Shown here: positions 52,641 to 63,225 of the stretch, piece after piece | Layout: each line of letters opens with the position of its first letter | How positions within the stretch are numbered: the first letter of the stretch is position 1 | Assembly (NCBI GenBank): GCA_039931675.1 | Contig: JBDTRM010000266.1 | Span: 47 to 64,046 of the forward strand | Direction: 5' to 3' | DNA length: 64,000 nucleotides | Source: Bacteroidia bacterium | GTDB lineage: Bacteria > Bacteroidota > Bacteroidia > AKYH767-A > OLB10 | Position numbers and translations under genes: made by a program | Notes under the pieces: model-generated | Databases searched by the model: none | Told to the model about the DNA's origin: nothing | Seen by the model: only the letters and a program-made list of their open reading frames with translations

Positions 52641-52790
52641 AAGAAAAAAATTTATACTCATTCGGTTTCTTTCTCCTTTGTTCTTGGTTAAAAACCTGTC
52701 AAGCAAATCGGGAACTTTTTCAAACGCTCCGCTTAATCCTTTTGATGAGCGTGAAGGAATAAATTCAATTTCACTAATTTATAATAAAAT

Positions 52791-55700
52791 CTATTCCCGT
52801 ATCACTGTTAGCTTTTGACGAAAGATTCCATTTTCATTTTCGATGTTTATTAAATAAACACCTGAAGGCAGATCATTAATATTTATTGTTTGCTCATCAT
52901 TGCCTTTCAGTATTACTGTTTTTGTAAGTTCACCTGTAACCCCGTATATTCTTAATATGCTGCTGACATCAAAAACTGATTGCACCGTTATATGATCAGA
53001 TGCAGGATCAGGAAACACGCTTATACCGCTACCTGGTGCTTTGTTATCCATTACATTTTCAACGGTAAATTCTTTTGGCATAGGCGTTCCTCCTGTAATA
53101 ATAATCAACTGTGGCCGGTTATCTGCTGCCTCTTTTGTGTTAAACTTTGAACGTGTTGCCGGTGTTTCCCATTTATTACGCAACATAATGGAAATCAGGT
53201 TCGCTCCTGAAATTTGTTTAGCTGCAAAATATTCAGTCAGATCCCATGAATAATACTGTCGTGTTATGCCAACTGTTTTAGCCTGCACAACATCGTTATC
53301 ATGCGAAGGCTGATTTGCATTGGTAATTCCAGTCTCTGTCCAGTTATTATTATTCACATTATGCACTTCCACTATTGCAGATCCGTCTTTTACATTTCCA
53401 TACAGGCGCAACTTAGCTGAAGTAATAACCCCTGTTATACCTGATATATCAAACTTAAGAAATGATTTTTGATTGTAATCAGTACCTATAGCTCTCTTGG
53501 TAATCATATACCCGGCACTGCCATAATTGTTATTAGCATATATCCCGCTTTGCACATAAGCATCGGCCAGAAAGTTTAAATTTATGCTTTGTATGCCTGG
53601 CAATATTGATAAAACTGAAGCCGGAACAATCTTTTTAATAATGCCTGGCCCTTCATATTTTACAATTAGTTTATTACCGGTTGCCCTGTCAAAGTAATCC
53701 AGTGTAATGGCATGCTTGCCTGCTTTCAATCCAATACGTCCCGTTTTTTCAATAGAAGCGTGTATCCCATCATTATCTACAACTAAATCATTTCCGATAT
53801 ATAGCCTGCTGCCATCATTTGATGTTGTATAAAATGTATAAATGCCATCGGTGAGTATGCGGATAAACCCGGTAAATCTAAAGCCAAAAAAGTCAGCCTG
53901 CGTAGCGGGTGTTAAATCAAAATTGTTTACTGTGCCTGTAGCCGCAGGTGTGAGCACGTCAAAATCCGGAATCTTTGTCCATGTGCCGGTAAAGAAGTCG
54001 TAATTCAAGCCGGCTATTGTACTGCCTGGTATGTTCGGATCGCGGAGCTGCGCTTCATAGTTGGCCGTGTATGTTTTATTATTAACAGGAATGGCAATGT
54101 CATGAGTCTTTGCACCACCTGTTGTCCAGTTGATATAATTATACGTCAGCGCATTGTCTATTGTTTGGTGAGAAATTGCACCTATCGGGATAAGCATGCC
54201 TTCCACTGCCTGTATAGTATATGGTGCGTAAAATGGCTGTCCGTCAAATGTGATTTTTAAACCAGGTGGATTGGAGGCAATGATGACGGTAGTTAGCCGG
54301 GGATCAATATCAACAAAATCAGTGTCAGTTTCATTTTGTGAATCTTTTACAACTAATACTAACCTGTAATAAACCGTGGCTTCAATTTCACCGCTGTTTG
54401 GAATATAAAACGAACCGCCTTTTACACCGTCAGGTGCGACAGGACCGGGATGTATATGCATATCATGATGAAACTCCACATACCATGTAAAGGCACTTGC
54501 AGGAAGTGTTCCGTCTTCGGGATCAGTGCCTGTGCCTGCAAACGTTATCGTTGTGCCTGCCATATAAGTAGTGCCTGCTGCGGGCGAAGTTATACTTGCC
54601 AGAGGTGGATTATTGGCGCCCGTAACTGTTAGTGTAGCCGTATTACTTGTGGCAGTGCCTGAACTGTTAGTTACCGTTACACTATAGTTTCCTGCATCAG
54701 CAGCTATTACTGATGTTATGGTATATGATGAGTTAACCGCTCCGCCTATGTTTGTTCCGTTCTTTTTCCATTGATAATTAAGCGGTGCTGTACCGGTTGC
54801 TGTAACGCTGAAAGTAACAGGATTTCCTTGTGCCTTAGTAATGCTGTTAGGCTGGTTGGTAATAACAGGTGCCCCAGATGAGCTATAAACTATTTTAAAA
54901 ACTGCGCCAGCGGTTCTTGATAAAAAATAAAGATTGCCGTCATTACCTGTAATAAGTCCTACAGTTCCATTTGCTATGCCCGTGGCAAAGCCGCTCTCTG
55001 TCCAAGCACTGCCATTAGGTGTAAGCATGCCAATCCAGTTATTGCAATGCTCAAGAAAAAAATAACATCCGATATATTGAGATGGATAGTTGGTTGAGGG
55101 AGGATTAAGAAATGTGCCCCCTGTAATGGCACACCCTTCAGTATTAGAGCTGCCATGCATGTAACTATAAACAGGGCTGACAAAATTTGTCCCCTGTCCT
55201 TCTTCAGCTGGCCAACCAAAATTACGGCCGGGAAGAGTTGCATTGTCAATTTCTTCGTAGGTAGCTTGTCCAACATCGTTTACAAATATTTTCCCTGTGC
55301 CGGGTTGCACGGCTAATGTAAATGGATTTCTCAAACCATAACTCCATATTCTTCTTCTCTGGGCAGAGCCTGTTGTAAAAGGATTTCCGGGAGGAATGCC
55401 TCCATCGGTTTTAATTCTCAATATTTTTCCAAGATAAGTGTCAAGGTTCTGAGAATTAGCAGAATTGGCATTTTCACCTACACCAACATAAAGGAATCCA
55501 TCTACTCCAAACTGCAAATTACCGCCATTGTGATTAGTGGCAGTGCTGAGCGGATCAAGATCAAGCAATACCATTTCGCTGCCAGGTACTGCAACATCAC
55601 CGTTGGCAGTAAACCTGCTTATGCGATTATTGGCAGCCGATGCAAGCGTATAATACAGATAGATATAATGGTTGGAGTTAAAAGCAGGATCGAAAGCAAT

Positions 55701-56018
55701 GCCTAACAGTCCGCGTTCGCCCGATTCATCAACACTCAAAGAAATAAATGGTTGCGCAAGCATGTTACCATTTTTAATCACCATTAATGCACCATTTTGC
55801 TGCGCTACAAACAAACGTCCGTCAGGGGCAAATGCCATTACAGTAGGGCTTCCTAAACCATTAGAAACCTGCACCTGGCTAAATCCGGGTGGCAGATTTT
55901 GCGCATTAAGAAAATTGTCAACTGACAACATCACTAATAATAAAGAGATCAAAATAGATAATAGTGACATTTTAAAAATAGCAGTTAATCTTAACCGCGG
56001 AGAAATAATAATTTTCAT
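52791..56018 (-). CDS. PQQ-dependent sugar dehydrogenase (SGDH beta-propeller) fused to Ig-like, PA14, DNRLRE/CBM-like and T9SS C-terminal domains (copy 1)
   Basis: 1075 aa. SGDH motifs GLLGIAFDPAFNSNHYIYLYYT, NHNGGNLQFGVDGFLYVGVGE, ILRIKTDGGIPPGNPF and GLRNPF. Ig-like APVITNQP...LNYQWKKNG...AGNYSVTVTN. PA14 GLNYDFFTGTW...FGFRFTGFI...TSNDGSRLYIGNDLVVDNDG. SFLKFDISGITGVITSAKLRLYG. T9SS tail ISVFPDPASDHITV...GVYLINIENENGIFRQKLTV. Confidence 0.85.
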   Translation of the reverse strand: MKIIISPRLRLTAIFKMSLLSILISLLLVMLSVDNFLNAQNLPPGFSQVQVSNGLGSPTVMAFAPDGRLFVAQQNGALMVIKNGNMLAQPFISLSVDESGERGLLGIAFDPAFNSNHYIYLYYTLASAANNRISRFTANGDVAVPGSEMVLLDLDPLSTATNHNGGNLQFGVDGFLYVGVGENANSANSQNLDTYLGKILRIKTDGGIPPGNPFTTGSAQRRRIWSYGLRNPFTLAVQPGTGKIFVNDVGQATYEEIDNATLPGRNFGWPAEEGQGTNFVSPVYSYMHGSSNTEGCAITGGTFLNPPSTNYPSQYIGCYFFLEHCNNWIGMLTPNGSAWTESGFATGIANGTVGLITGNDGNLYFLSRTAGAVFKIVYSSSGAPVITNQPNSITKAQGNPVTFSVTATGTAPLNYQWKKNGTNIGGAVNSSYTITSVIAADAGNYSVTVTNSSGTATSNTATLTVTGANNPPLASITSPAAGTTYMAGTTITFAGTGTDPEDGTLPASAFTWYVEFHHDMHIHPGPVAPDGVKGGSFYIPNSGEIEATVYYRLVLVVKDSQNETDTDFVDIDPRLTTVIIASNPPGLKITFDGQPFYAPYTIQAVEGMLIPIGAISHQTIDNALTYNYINWTTGGAKTHDIAIPVNNKTYTANYEAQLRDPNIPGSTIAGLNYDFFTGTWTKIPDFDVLTPAATGTVNNFDLTPATQADFFGFRFTGFIRILTDGIYTFYTTSNDGSRLYIGNDLVVDNDGIHASIEKTGRIGLKAGKHAITLDYFDRATGNKLIVKYEGPGIIKKIVPASVLSILPGIQSINLNFLADAYVQSGIYANNNYGSAGYMITKRAIGTDYNQKSFLKFDISGITGVITSAKLRLYGNVKDGSAIVEVHNVNNNNWTETGITNANQPSHDNDVVQAKTVGITRQYYSWDLTEYFAAKQISGANLISIMLRNKWETPATRSKFNTKEAADNRPQLIIITGGTPMPKEFTVENVMDNKAPGSGISVFPDPASDHITVQSVFDVSSILRIYGVTGELTKTVILKGNDEQTININDLPSGVYLINIENENGIFRQKLTVIRE

Positions 56019-56164
56019 GTTATTAAAATTAAATTTATGAGTTTAAAAAAAAGTGAGCGGGTAATTGTTTTGATAAAAAATCGAACAAAAATTCCAGAGT
56101 GATTATAAAGCACCCCACTTGTTAAACTCTAAAATTATATGCCATGTTAATCCGTTACATAAAT

Positions 56165-59100
56165 CTATTCCCTGATAACAGTTAGCTTTTGACGAAAGAT
56201 TCCATTTTCATTTGCGATGTTTATCAAATAAACACCTGGAGGCATATCATTAATATTTATTGTTTGTTCACTTTTAGCTTTAAGTGCTGCAGTTTTTATA
56301 AGTTCACCTGTAATCCCGTATATTTTTATTATGCTACTTACATCTAAAACTGACTGCACAGTTATATAATCAGATGCAGGATCAGGAAACAGGCTTATAC
56401 CAACATGCGATTCATTATTATCTATTGCATTTTCTGCCGGAAGTTGTTTAGGGATAGGTGCTGGTTTGGTAATAATAATCAACTGCGGTTGATAATTGGC
56501 AGCCTCTTTTGTATTAAACTTTGCACGTGTTGCCGGTGTTTCCTTGTCATTATACAACATAATTGACACCAGGCTTTCTCCTGAACTTTGTTTAGCTGCA
56601 AAATATGATAAAAGGTCCCATGAATAATACTGTAGTGAATCACCAACTGTTTTAGCCTGTACGATATTGCTATCATGAGGAGGCTGATTTGCAGCGGTAA
56701 TGGCAGTTTCAGCCCAGTTGTTGTCACTCACATTATATACCTCAACATTTGCAGATGCATCTTTTATGTTGCCATATAAACGCAACTTAGCTGAAATAAT
56801 AACACCAGTTAAAGCTGATATATCAAACTTAAGAAATGATTTTTGAATATCATCAGTTAATGAAGTTTGCTTTGTTTTCATTAACGCAACGCTGCCATAA
56901 TTGATTGTATCATAAATCCCGTCCTGTACATAAGCATCTGCCGTAGTACTTAAATAAAAGCGCTGTGTGCCCGGCAATATTGATAATGCTGATGCGGGAA
57001 TACTTTTTTTATTAATACCGGGACCTTCATATTTTACAATTAATTTATGAATAGTTACCCTGTCAAAGTAATCAACTGTAATTGCATGTTTGCCAGCTTT
57101 CAATCCAATACGCCCCATTTTTTCGACAGCAATGTGCAGGCCATCATTATCCACTACTAAATCGTCTCCGATATACAACCTGCTGCCATCATTAGATGTG
57201 GTATAAAAGGTGTAAATACCATCTGAGGGCACATGAATAAAACCGTTAAATCTAAATCCAAAAAAGTCGGCTTGTGTAGCCTGCGTTAAGTCAAAATTAT
57301 TTACTGTGCCTGCTGCCACGGGCGTGAGTAAGTCGAAATCGGGAATCTTTGTCCATGTGCCGGTATAAAAATCATAATTCAAACCAGCTACTGTAATGCC
57401 CGGTGAATTTGGATTGCGAAGCTGCACCTCATAGTTGGCGGTGTAAGTTTTATCATTAACAGGAATGGTAATATTATGCGTCATTGCACCACCCGGTGTC
57501 CAGTTGGTATAATTATACGTTAGGGCATTGTCAATTGTTTGGGGAAAAATTGCACCAATAGGCACCACCATGCCTTCAACCATATCTATCGAGTATGGAG
57601 TAATAAATGGCTGACCGTTAAAGGTGACTTTTAACCCCGGTGGATTAGAAGCCATGGTAACGGTAGTAAGTCGCGGCATAATATCAACAAAAGCAGTATC
57701 CGTTGCACTATGTGCATCTGTTACAACAAGTACTAACCTGTAATAAACCATGGTTGCAATTTCACCGATGTCAGGAATATAAAACGAACCGCTTTTTAAG
57801 CCATCAGGTGCAGTGGGACCGGGATGTAAATGCGTATCATGATGAAACTCAACATACCACCTAAATGCACTTGCCGGAAGTATTCCGTCCTGTGGATCGG
57901 TGCCTGTGCCTGTAAACGAAATTGAGGAGCCGGCTGCATAAGTAGTGCCTGCTGCGGGCGAGGTAATCACAGCTACAGGAGGATTATTGGGACCTGTAAC
58001 TGTAAGCGTAACCGTTTTACTAAAAACAGTATCTACACTGTTGCTTACTTTTACACGATAATTTCCTGAATCAGCAGGTACAACTGATGCTATGGTATAT
58101 GATGGGTTAACCGCACCGGTTATTTTTATTCCGTTCTTTGACCATTGATAATTAAGGGCTGCTGCACCTTTGGCTGATACACTAAACGTAGCAGCATTAC
58201 CCAGTGACTTTGAAATGCTTTTAGGTTGATTTGTTATAACAGGCGCCCCGGTAGGATTATAAATTATTTTATAAACTGCGCCACCGCTTCTTGATAGAAA
58301 ATAAAGATTACCATCATTGCCGGTTATAATTCCTATAGATCCGAGTGCTATGCCTGTGGCAAAGGTGCTGTCCGTCCATGAACTTCCGTTAGGTGTAAGC
58401 ATGCCAATCCAGTCATTACAATGTTCAACAAAAAAATAACATCCAGTATATTTTGCAGGATAGTTTGTTGAGGGAGGATTAAAAAAAGTTCCGCCTGTTA
58501 TGGCACAGCCTTCATTATTGGCGCTGCCATGCCCGTAACTATAAACAGGGCTGACAAAATTTGTACCCGGTCCTTCTTCGGCAGGCCAGCCAAAATTATG
58601 GCCCGGTAAGGTTGCATTATCAATTTCCTCGTAGGTCACCTGTCCCACATCGTTTACAAATATTTTCCCGGTACCGGGTTGCACAGCTAATGTAAACGGA
58701 TTTCTCACACCATAACTCCATATTCTTTTTTTCTGGGCAGTGCCCGTTGTAAAAGGATTTCCGGTAGGAATGCCTCCATCGGTTTTAATTCTTAATATCT
58801 TGCCATGATAAGTGTTCAAATTCTGGGAGTTAGCAGGATAGTCATTTTCACCTACGCCAACGTAAAGATATCCGTCAGTTCCAAACTGCAAACTACCACC
58901 ATTGTGATTAGTAGCTGTACTAAGCGGATCAAGATCAAGCAATACCATTTCGCTTCCCGGCACAGCAACATCACCGTCAGCAGTAAACCTGCTTATGCGA
59001 TTATTGGCACCAGAAAGAAGCGTATAATAAAGATAAATATATTGATTGGTGTTAAAATCAGGGTCGAAAGCAATGCCTAAGAATCCTCGCCCACCCGATT

Positions 59101-59395
59101 CATCAACGCTGAGAAAAACAAATGGTTGCATAAGTATGTTACCGTTTTTAATGACCTTTAATGCGCCATTCTGTTGAGCTACAAACAAGCGTCCGTCAGG
59201 AGCAAATGCCATTACAGTGGGGTTAATTAAACCGGTAACCACCTGCACCTGTGCAAAACCCGGAGGCAGATTTAGTGCATTAAGGAAATTGCCAACTGAA
59301 AATACAACTAATGAAATTGAAATGATGAAAGTGAATAATACTGACATTTTAAAAACATCAGTTAATCTTAACCTCTGGTAAGTAAGAACGTTCAT
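56165..59395 (-). CDS. PQQ-dependent sugar dehydrogenase / Ig-like / PA14 / DNRLRE-like / T9SS protein (copy 2, tandem paralog)
   Basis: 1076 aa, colinear with copy 1 over the whole length with the same motif set. Most positions are visibly identical or conservative. Confidence 0.85.
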   Translation of the reverse strand: MNVLTYQRLRLTDVFKMSVLFTFIISISLVVFSVGNFLNALNLPPGFAQVQVVTGLINPTVMAFAPDGRLFVAQQNGALKVIKNGNILMQPFVFLSVDESGGRGFLGIAFDPDFNTNQYIYLYYTLLSGANNRISRFTADGDVAVPGSEMVLLDLDPLSTATNHNGGSLQFGTDGYLYVGVGENDYPANSQNLNTYHGKILRIKTDGGIPTGNPFTTGTAQKKRIWSYGVRNPFTLAVQPGTGKIFVNDVGQVTYEEIDNATLPGHNFGWPAEEGPGTNFVSPVYSYGHGSANNEGCAITGGTFFNPPSTNYPAKYTGCYFFVEHCNDWIGMLTPNGSSWTDSTFATGIALGSIGIITGNDGNLYFLSRSGGAVYKIIYNPTGAPVITNQPKSISKSLGNAATFSVSAKGAAALNYQWSKNGIKITGAVNPSYTIASVVPADSGNYRVKVSNSVDTVFSKTVTLTVTGPNNPPVAVITSPAAGTTYAAGSSISFTGTGTDPQDGILPASAFRWYVEFHHDTHLHPGPTAPDGLKSGSFYIPDIGEIATMVYYRLVLVVTDAHSATDTAFVDIMPRLTTVTMASNPPGLKVTFNGQPFITPYSIDMVEGMVVPIGAIFPQTIDNALTYNYTNWTPGGAMTHNITIPVNDKTYTANYEVQLRNPNSPGITVAGLNYDFYTGTWTKIPDFDLLTPVAAGTVNNFDLTQATQADFFGFRFNGFIHVPSDGIYTFYTTSNDGSRLYIGDDLVVDNDGLHIAVEKMGRIGLKAGKHAITVDYFDRVTIHKLIVKYEGPGINKKSIPASALSILPGTQRFYLSTTADAYVQDGIYDTINYGSVALMKTKQTSLTDDIQKSFLKFDISALTGVIISAKLRLYGNIKDASANVEVYNVSDNNWAETAITAANQPPHDSNIVQAKTVGDSLQYYSWDLLSYFAAKQSSGESLVSIMLYNDKETPATRAKFNTKEAANYQPQLIIITKPAPIPKQLPAENAIDNNESHVGISLFPDPASDYITVQSVLDVSSIIKIYGITGELIKTAALKAKSEQTININDMPPGVYLINIANENGIFRQKLTVIRE

Positions 59396-59556
59396 GTTAT
59401 TAAATTTATGTTTTTTAAAATAATGAGAGAATGATTTTTGTCGTTAAAATACAAATGATTTTTCTGAGAAGCGTATATAAAATACCTCACTTGCTAAACT
59501 ATATAAAACCATACCGCGTTAATCCGGTAAAATGAACCTGAATTTATCAGCGAAAC

Positions 59557-59967
59557 TTAAAAAGCAAAATCATCCTTCTTAAAATCAAAACTGAGTATCT
59601 TATTAAGCGCTTCTATCAAAAAAGTAAAATTATTTGGTTTAGTCAGGAAGAGCGATGCTCCCAACTTTTTTGATCGTTCCACATCGTTGGGTTGACTGGA
59701 GGTGGAGTAAATTATTACAGGTATATCTTTATAACGGTCCTGCCTCTTTAAAATTGAAAGGCACTCAAAACCATCCATTACAGGCATATTAATATCAAGA
59801 AAAATAATATCAGGTGGTGGTGGCCAGGCAATTTTTTCAAGTGCATCAAGTCCATTGTTGGCAATAATACATTCAGGAACGTTCTGCAGTTCGCTTAACG
59901 CATCTTTAAACAGATACTGATCATCTGCATCATCATCAACAAATAAAACCTTTTTTGCGTAGTTCAT
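59557..59967 (-). CDS. Single-domain response regulator (REC only)
   Basis: 136 aa. VLFVDDDADD, phospho-acceptor context IIFLDINMPVMDG, then STSS...K. Confidence 0.85.
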   Translation of the reverse strand: MNYAKKVLFVDDDADDQYLFKDALSELQNVPECIIANNGLDALEKIAWPPPPDIIFLDINMPVMDGFECLSILKRQDRYKDIPVIIYSTSSQPNDVERSKKLGASLFLTKPNNFTFLIEALNKILSFDFKKDDFAF

Positions 59968-60128
59968 AAGTTTAGGTTTAGTGCAAACGTAAAAAATTTA
60001 ACTAACCAATTTATCGAAATTTAAAATTAAATTAATCAATTAACTATGAATAACATTTTTTATCGCATTTAATTGAATGCAATTTGTTGCATAGAATTTG
60101 CAATACATCATTATGGTTGGTTTAGGTT

Positions 60129-60161
60129 CGGGGCAGTGTGGTTACTGCCCCGCTTTTATTT
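60129..60161 (+). terminator. Plus-strand Rho-independent terminator-like hairpin with no annotated plus-strand gene upstream
   Basis: CGGGGCAGT (60129-60137), loop GTGGTT, ACTGCCCCG (60144-60152), then CTTTTATTT. Confidence 0.5.
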
Positions 60162-60353
60162 ATGACATCTGCAATTGCTTTTTAACGCCCTGCTGTAGCC
60201 ACTTTCCAAAATAATTTCCTTACAGATTTAAAGTTCAGAAAAACAAATTTTAAGCCAATTAGTTTTCAATAATCAAAAGTATCGGCATTTTATTTCGCAA
60301 TTACTTCACCCCAAATCGGGAAATAAATTCCCACACTGCTGGTTGGTACTTAA

Positions 60354-60767
60354 TCAGTCAATTGCTGCATAATCTGAAAAGTGTTTTTTTACAATTCTTT
60401 TAATCATTTCTTGCGAAAGTGGCTTGTTTTCAAAACCATTGATACGATTAAACTTTTTTGCTTTTTCCTCATCATCAGGATTCAATGAAGTAGTGAGCAT
60501 GATAATAACATTTTTAGCTTTCAGATCAAAAGATAGTTTCTCATATTCCCCAAGAAACTCCCAGCCATTCATTTTTGGCATATTGATATCTAAAAAAATC
60601 AGATCAGGGGAAGGAGTTTCATTAGCCAGTATTTCTAATGCCTCAAAACCACTTACCGCAATCCTTAGATGATGAGTAACATCTGCTTCATTAATTATGA
60701 GCTGGTGAAAATAATTATCATCTTCATCATCATCAATCAGCATAATAAGATTTAGTTTCTTTTTCAT
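60354..60767 (-). CDS. Single-domain response regulator (REC only)
   Basis: Start chosen at ATG 60767 (MKKKLNLIMLIDDDEDDNYF). LIFLDINMPKMNGWEF; LTTS...K. The track ORF extends to 60845. Confidence 0.85.
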   Translation of the reverse strand: MKKKLNLIMLIDDDEDDNYFHQLIINEADVTHHLRIAVSGFEALEILANETPSPDLIFLDINMPKMNGWEFLGEYEKLSFDLKAKNVIIMLTTSLNPDDEEKAKKFNRINGFENKPLSQEMIKRIVKKHFSDYAAID

Positions 60768-60859
60768 CAGATTTTGTTTTTTTCTATTATAAAATAAATT
60801 ATCCATCCCATTTTTACCCGCAAAAAAAATCAAAATATCATTCAATTCGTTTTGAAATT

Positions 60860-61204
60860 TTATGCCTTAGCCTGAGTTATCCTGATCAATTCATTTCTTC
60901 TTGTTACAAGTGCTTCGATAGTTTCAAAGAATTCCATACTTTCTTTATTATTCAAATATTTTACACCTTCATTTCCCAACTGGATAACATATTCAGAATA
61001 AAACATTACAAAAGGCCTTGGTTTACCTGAACCTTGCTCATCAATCACGCCCTGGTAAATAGTTTCAATTGAATATACACAACTGTTTATTATAGCAAGA
61101 TATTCGGGCAATACATAATTTTCCATTTCATATAAAGCCCACAGTTCATAATCCTGTTCTGAAACTTCTGTGAGTTTATTATGTTTATAAATAAAATATT
61201 TCAT
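60860..61204 (-). CDS. Hypothetical protein
   Basis: Clean ORF 15 nt upstream of the response regulator gene on the same strand. Start chosen at ATG 61204 (MKYFIYKHNK...). No recognisable motif. Confidence 0.5.
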   Translation of the reverse strand: MKYFIYKHNKLTEVSEQDYELWALYEMENYVLPEYLAIINSCVYSIETIYQGVIDEQGSGKPRPFVMFYSEYVIQLGNEGVKYLNNKESMEFFETIEALVTRRNELIRITQAKA

Positions 61205-61615
61205 GCAAATAATTTGTCCATTGAAATGATGAATCAAACTGCACCAATAAGTCTTACAAGAAACGGACGCATAAAAACCGGGTAATATTTTAGTTGAATA
61301 AATTTTAAACTTCCTGATTTAAATTATCATTCAGTTAAGACTACCCTTCATAGAATAACCCTGAAAAGCAATCATACTTTAAGAAGATAAAATTTCACTC
61401 CCCTACTCTACTATATATCATTTGCTGTTATTGTCAGCAACATAAGCATGGCCTCTCTTCATCAGATTCTTTAACAAATGCCTGGGTTATTATTTATCCT
61501 TTAATTAAAGACCATAAAAAAACCGTGCCTGATATTGGAATGACATCAAGAACTCAAAAGAAAAGCCGTTATATGTTTATTGACAACGGCTTCACTTTTT
61601 AATTTTACAATTTAA

Positions 61616-62275
61616 TTATTGCACTGCAATGCGAATGGTTTTTGTTTTTATTCCATTGCGTTCCAATGTGAGCAAGTAAATTCCCTGCGACAACCTTGCA
61701 AGTCAAGTACCGTTGAGTTAGTTCCCTCAACAGATGTATTTTCTTTCCTGATAAGAACATTACCAATCATGTCTGCAATTTTAATTGTAATTTTCTTTCG
61801 CAGCAGTTTCAAATGAAACATTTAATATGCCCGATGAAGGATTGGGATATGCGCTTACATTATCATCATCAACTGTTACTTCATCACTATCAAGAGTGCG
61901 GCAATTAAGATTTACTGCAATTGTCTTGTAGTGAATGATGATGAACTACAAGAATTATTTGCCTTCACGCTTAAAGTGACAGAAGCTGATGTTGGATAAG
62001 TATATTTAACCGTTACTGATGATCCTGTTGTTGAACCCACAAAAGTAGCACCACCAGTAACTGTCTATGAGTATGATGCGGCACCTCTAACTGTGCTGAT
62101 TGAATAACCAACTGATGTGTTCGATTTGCAAACTGAAGCATTTCCTGTAATTGATCCGGGTTGTGTTAGCGCAGCGTGACATTAACAATGAAACTGCACT
62201 TGAACCGCAACTGTTGTTTGCCTTAACGGTGATGTTTCCTGAATTTGCTCCTGCTGGATTTACAGTTGCTTAAGT
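61616..62275 (-). pseudogene. Multiply frameshifted relic of a T9SS-sorted protein with Ig/PKD-like modules
   Basis: Reverse-strand pieces lie in three frames. They are ATVNPAGANSGNITVKANNSCGSSAVS; GSITGNASVCKSNTSVGYSISTVRGAASYSWTVTGGATFVGSTTGSSVTVKYTYPTSASVTLSVKANNSCSSSS; VSAYPNPSSGILNVSFETAAKENY; TIKIADMIGNVLIRKENTSVEGTNSTVLDLQG; and LSQGIYLLTLERNGIKTKTIRIAVQ* (stop at 61616-61618). A hairpin at 61564-61591 plus a T-run follows on the minus strand. Confidence 0.6.
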
Positions 62276-62281
62276 GCCAGG

Positions 62282-62707
62282 TTATTTATCGGGAAATAAT
62301 TTCCAAAGTAAATAATCAAGCGACCCGAAAATAAGACTGCCGCCCACAGTATTTGCACCGGTTGGATTTGCAGGATTATAGCCATAATACAAATCAGGTT
62401 TCATTAAAGAATTGTAATTAGCCTGATTTAAGTAAGGTGTGAAAATTGGTCTGAAAAAGTCCTGTTGGGGTTGGTAGGTATTCAAACTTAATTTGGGAAT
62501 ACTGAATGGATCTGTTTTGTTAAGGTAATGTTTAAATGAAGAATAACTTCTGAAAGAAAATTGTGAGTGACTACTGAAAACGTTTAAACTATATGAGGGC
62601 GCATGGTTTTGAGAAGTATCTGTATGATAAATACTATCCTGTTGTGCCTGGCAAAAAACAATCGTCATAGCAATTAATAATGTCAATGGGAGCTTAGTGT
62701 GTGCCAT
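62282..62707 (-). CDS. Hypothetical secreted protein
   Basis: 141 aa with signal peptide MAHTKLPLTLLIAMTIVFCQAQ. Low-complexity, Y/N/P/S-rich. It could be the detached 5' part of the decayed T9SS gene immediately downstream. Confidence 0.45.
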   Translation of the reverse strand: MAHTKLPLTLLIAMTIVFCQAQQDSIYHTDTSQNHAPSYSLNVFSSHSQFSFRSYSSFKHYLNKTDPFSIPKLSLNTYQPQQDFFRPIFTPYLNQANYNSLMKPDLYYGYNPANPTGANTVGGSLIFGSLDYLLWKLFPDK

Positions 62708-63225
62708 TTTTTTTGCAAATGGTAATTAATTATCAAAGGTAGCATAATTTATAAATGCACAATTCCTTTTGAAAAACTAACTGTAAAAACCACTTCAATT
62801 TTTCTTCAAGGCACTATGGGGAAGTAGCTAACCGTAAAAAATTATGCTTTTGAATTTCTTCGTAAAACATCCAGCAGAATTGTCATTCTGAAAAAAATCA
62901 TGACTGTCCAACTGTTGACCGCGCAAATCTATTGAAAGTATTGCTATTATTGGATTTGAATTATGCTCTTTGATTTTTCGATTTGAATATGGCAGAAAAA
63001 TCCACGCTGTGACAAGGTGACTCAGTTACTCCCGCTTTAGGAGAGTGTCCTGTGTCGCAGTGCAATTAGTACCCAATGCATTTTGCTAAACCACAAATCC
63101 TTTTTTTGTGTATCACTGCATCACTGCATTAAATAAAAAAATAATTGCTTAATGTTAATCAACTTAGGTATTCCTGGTTCCTCTTATTCTCAATTGCTGT
63201 GGTAATGTGTCACAAGCTAATTAAA

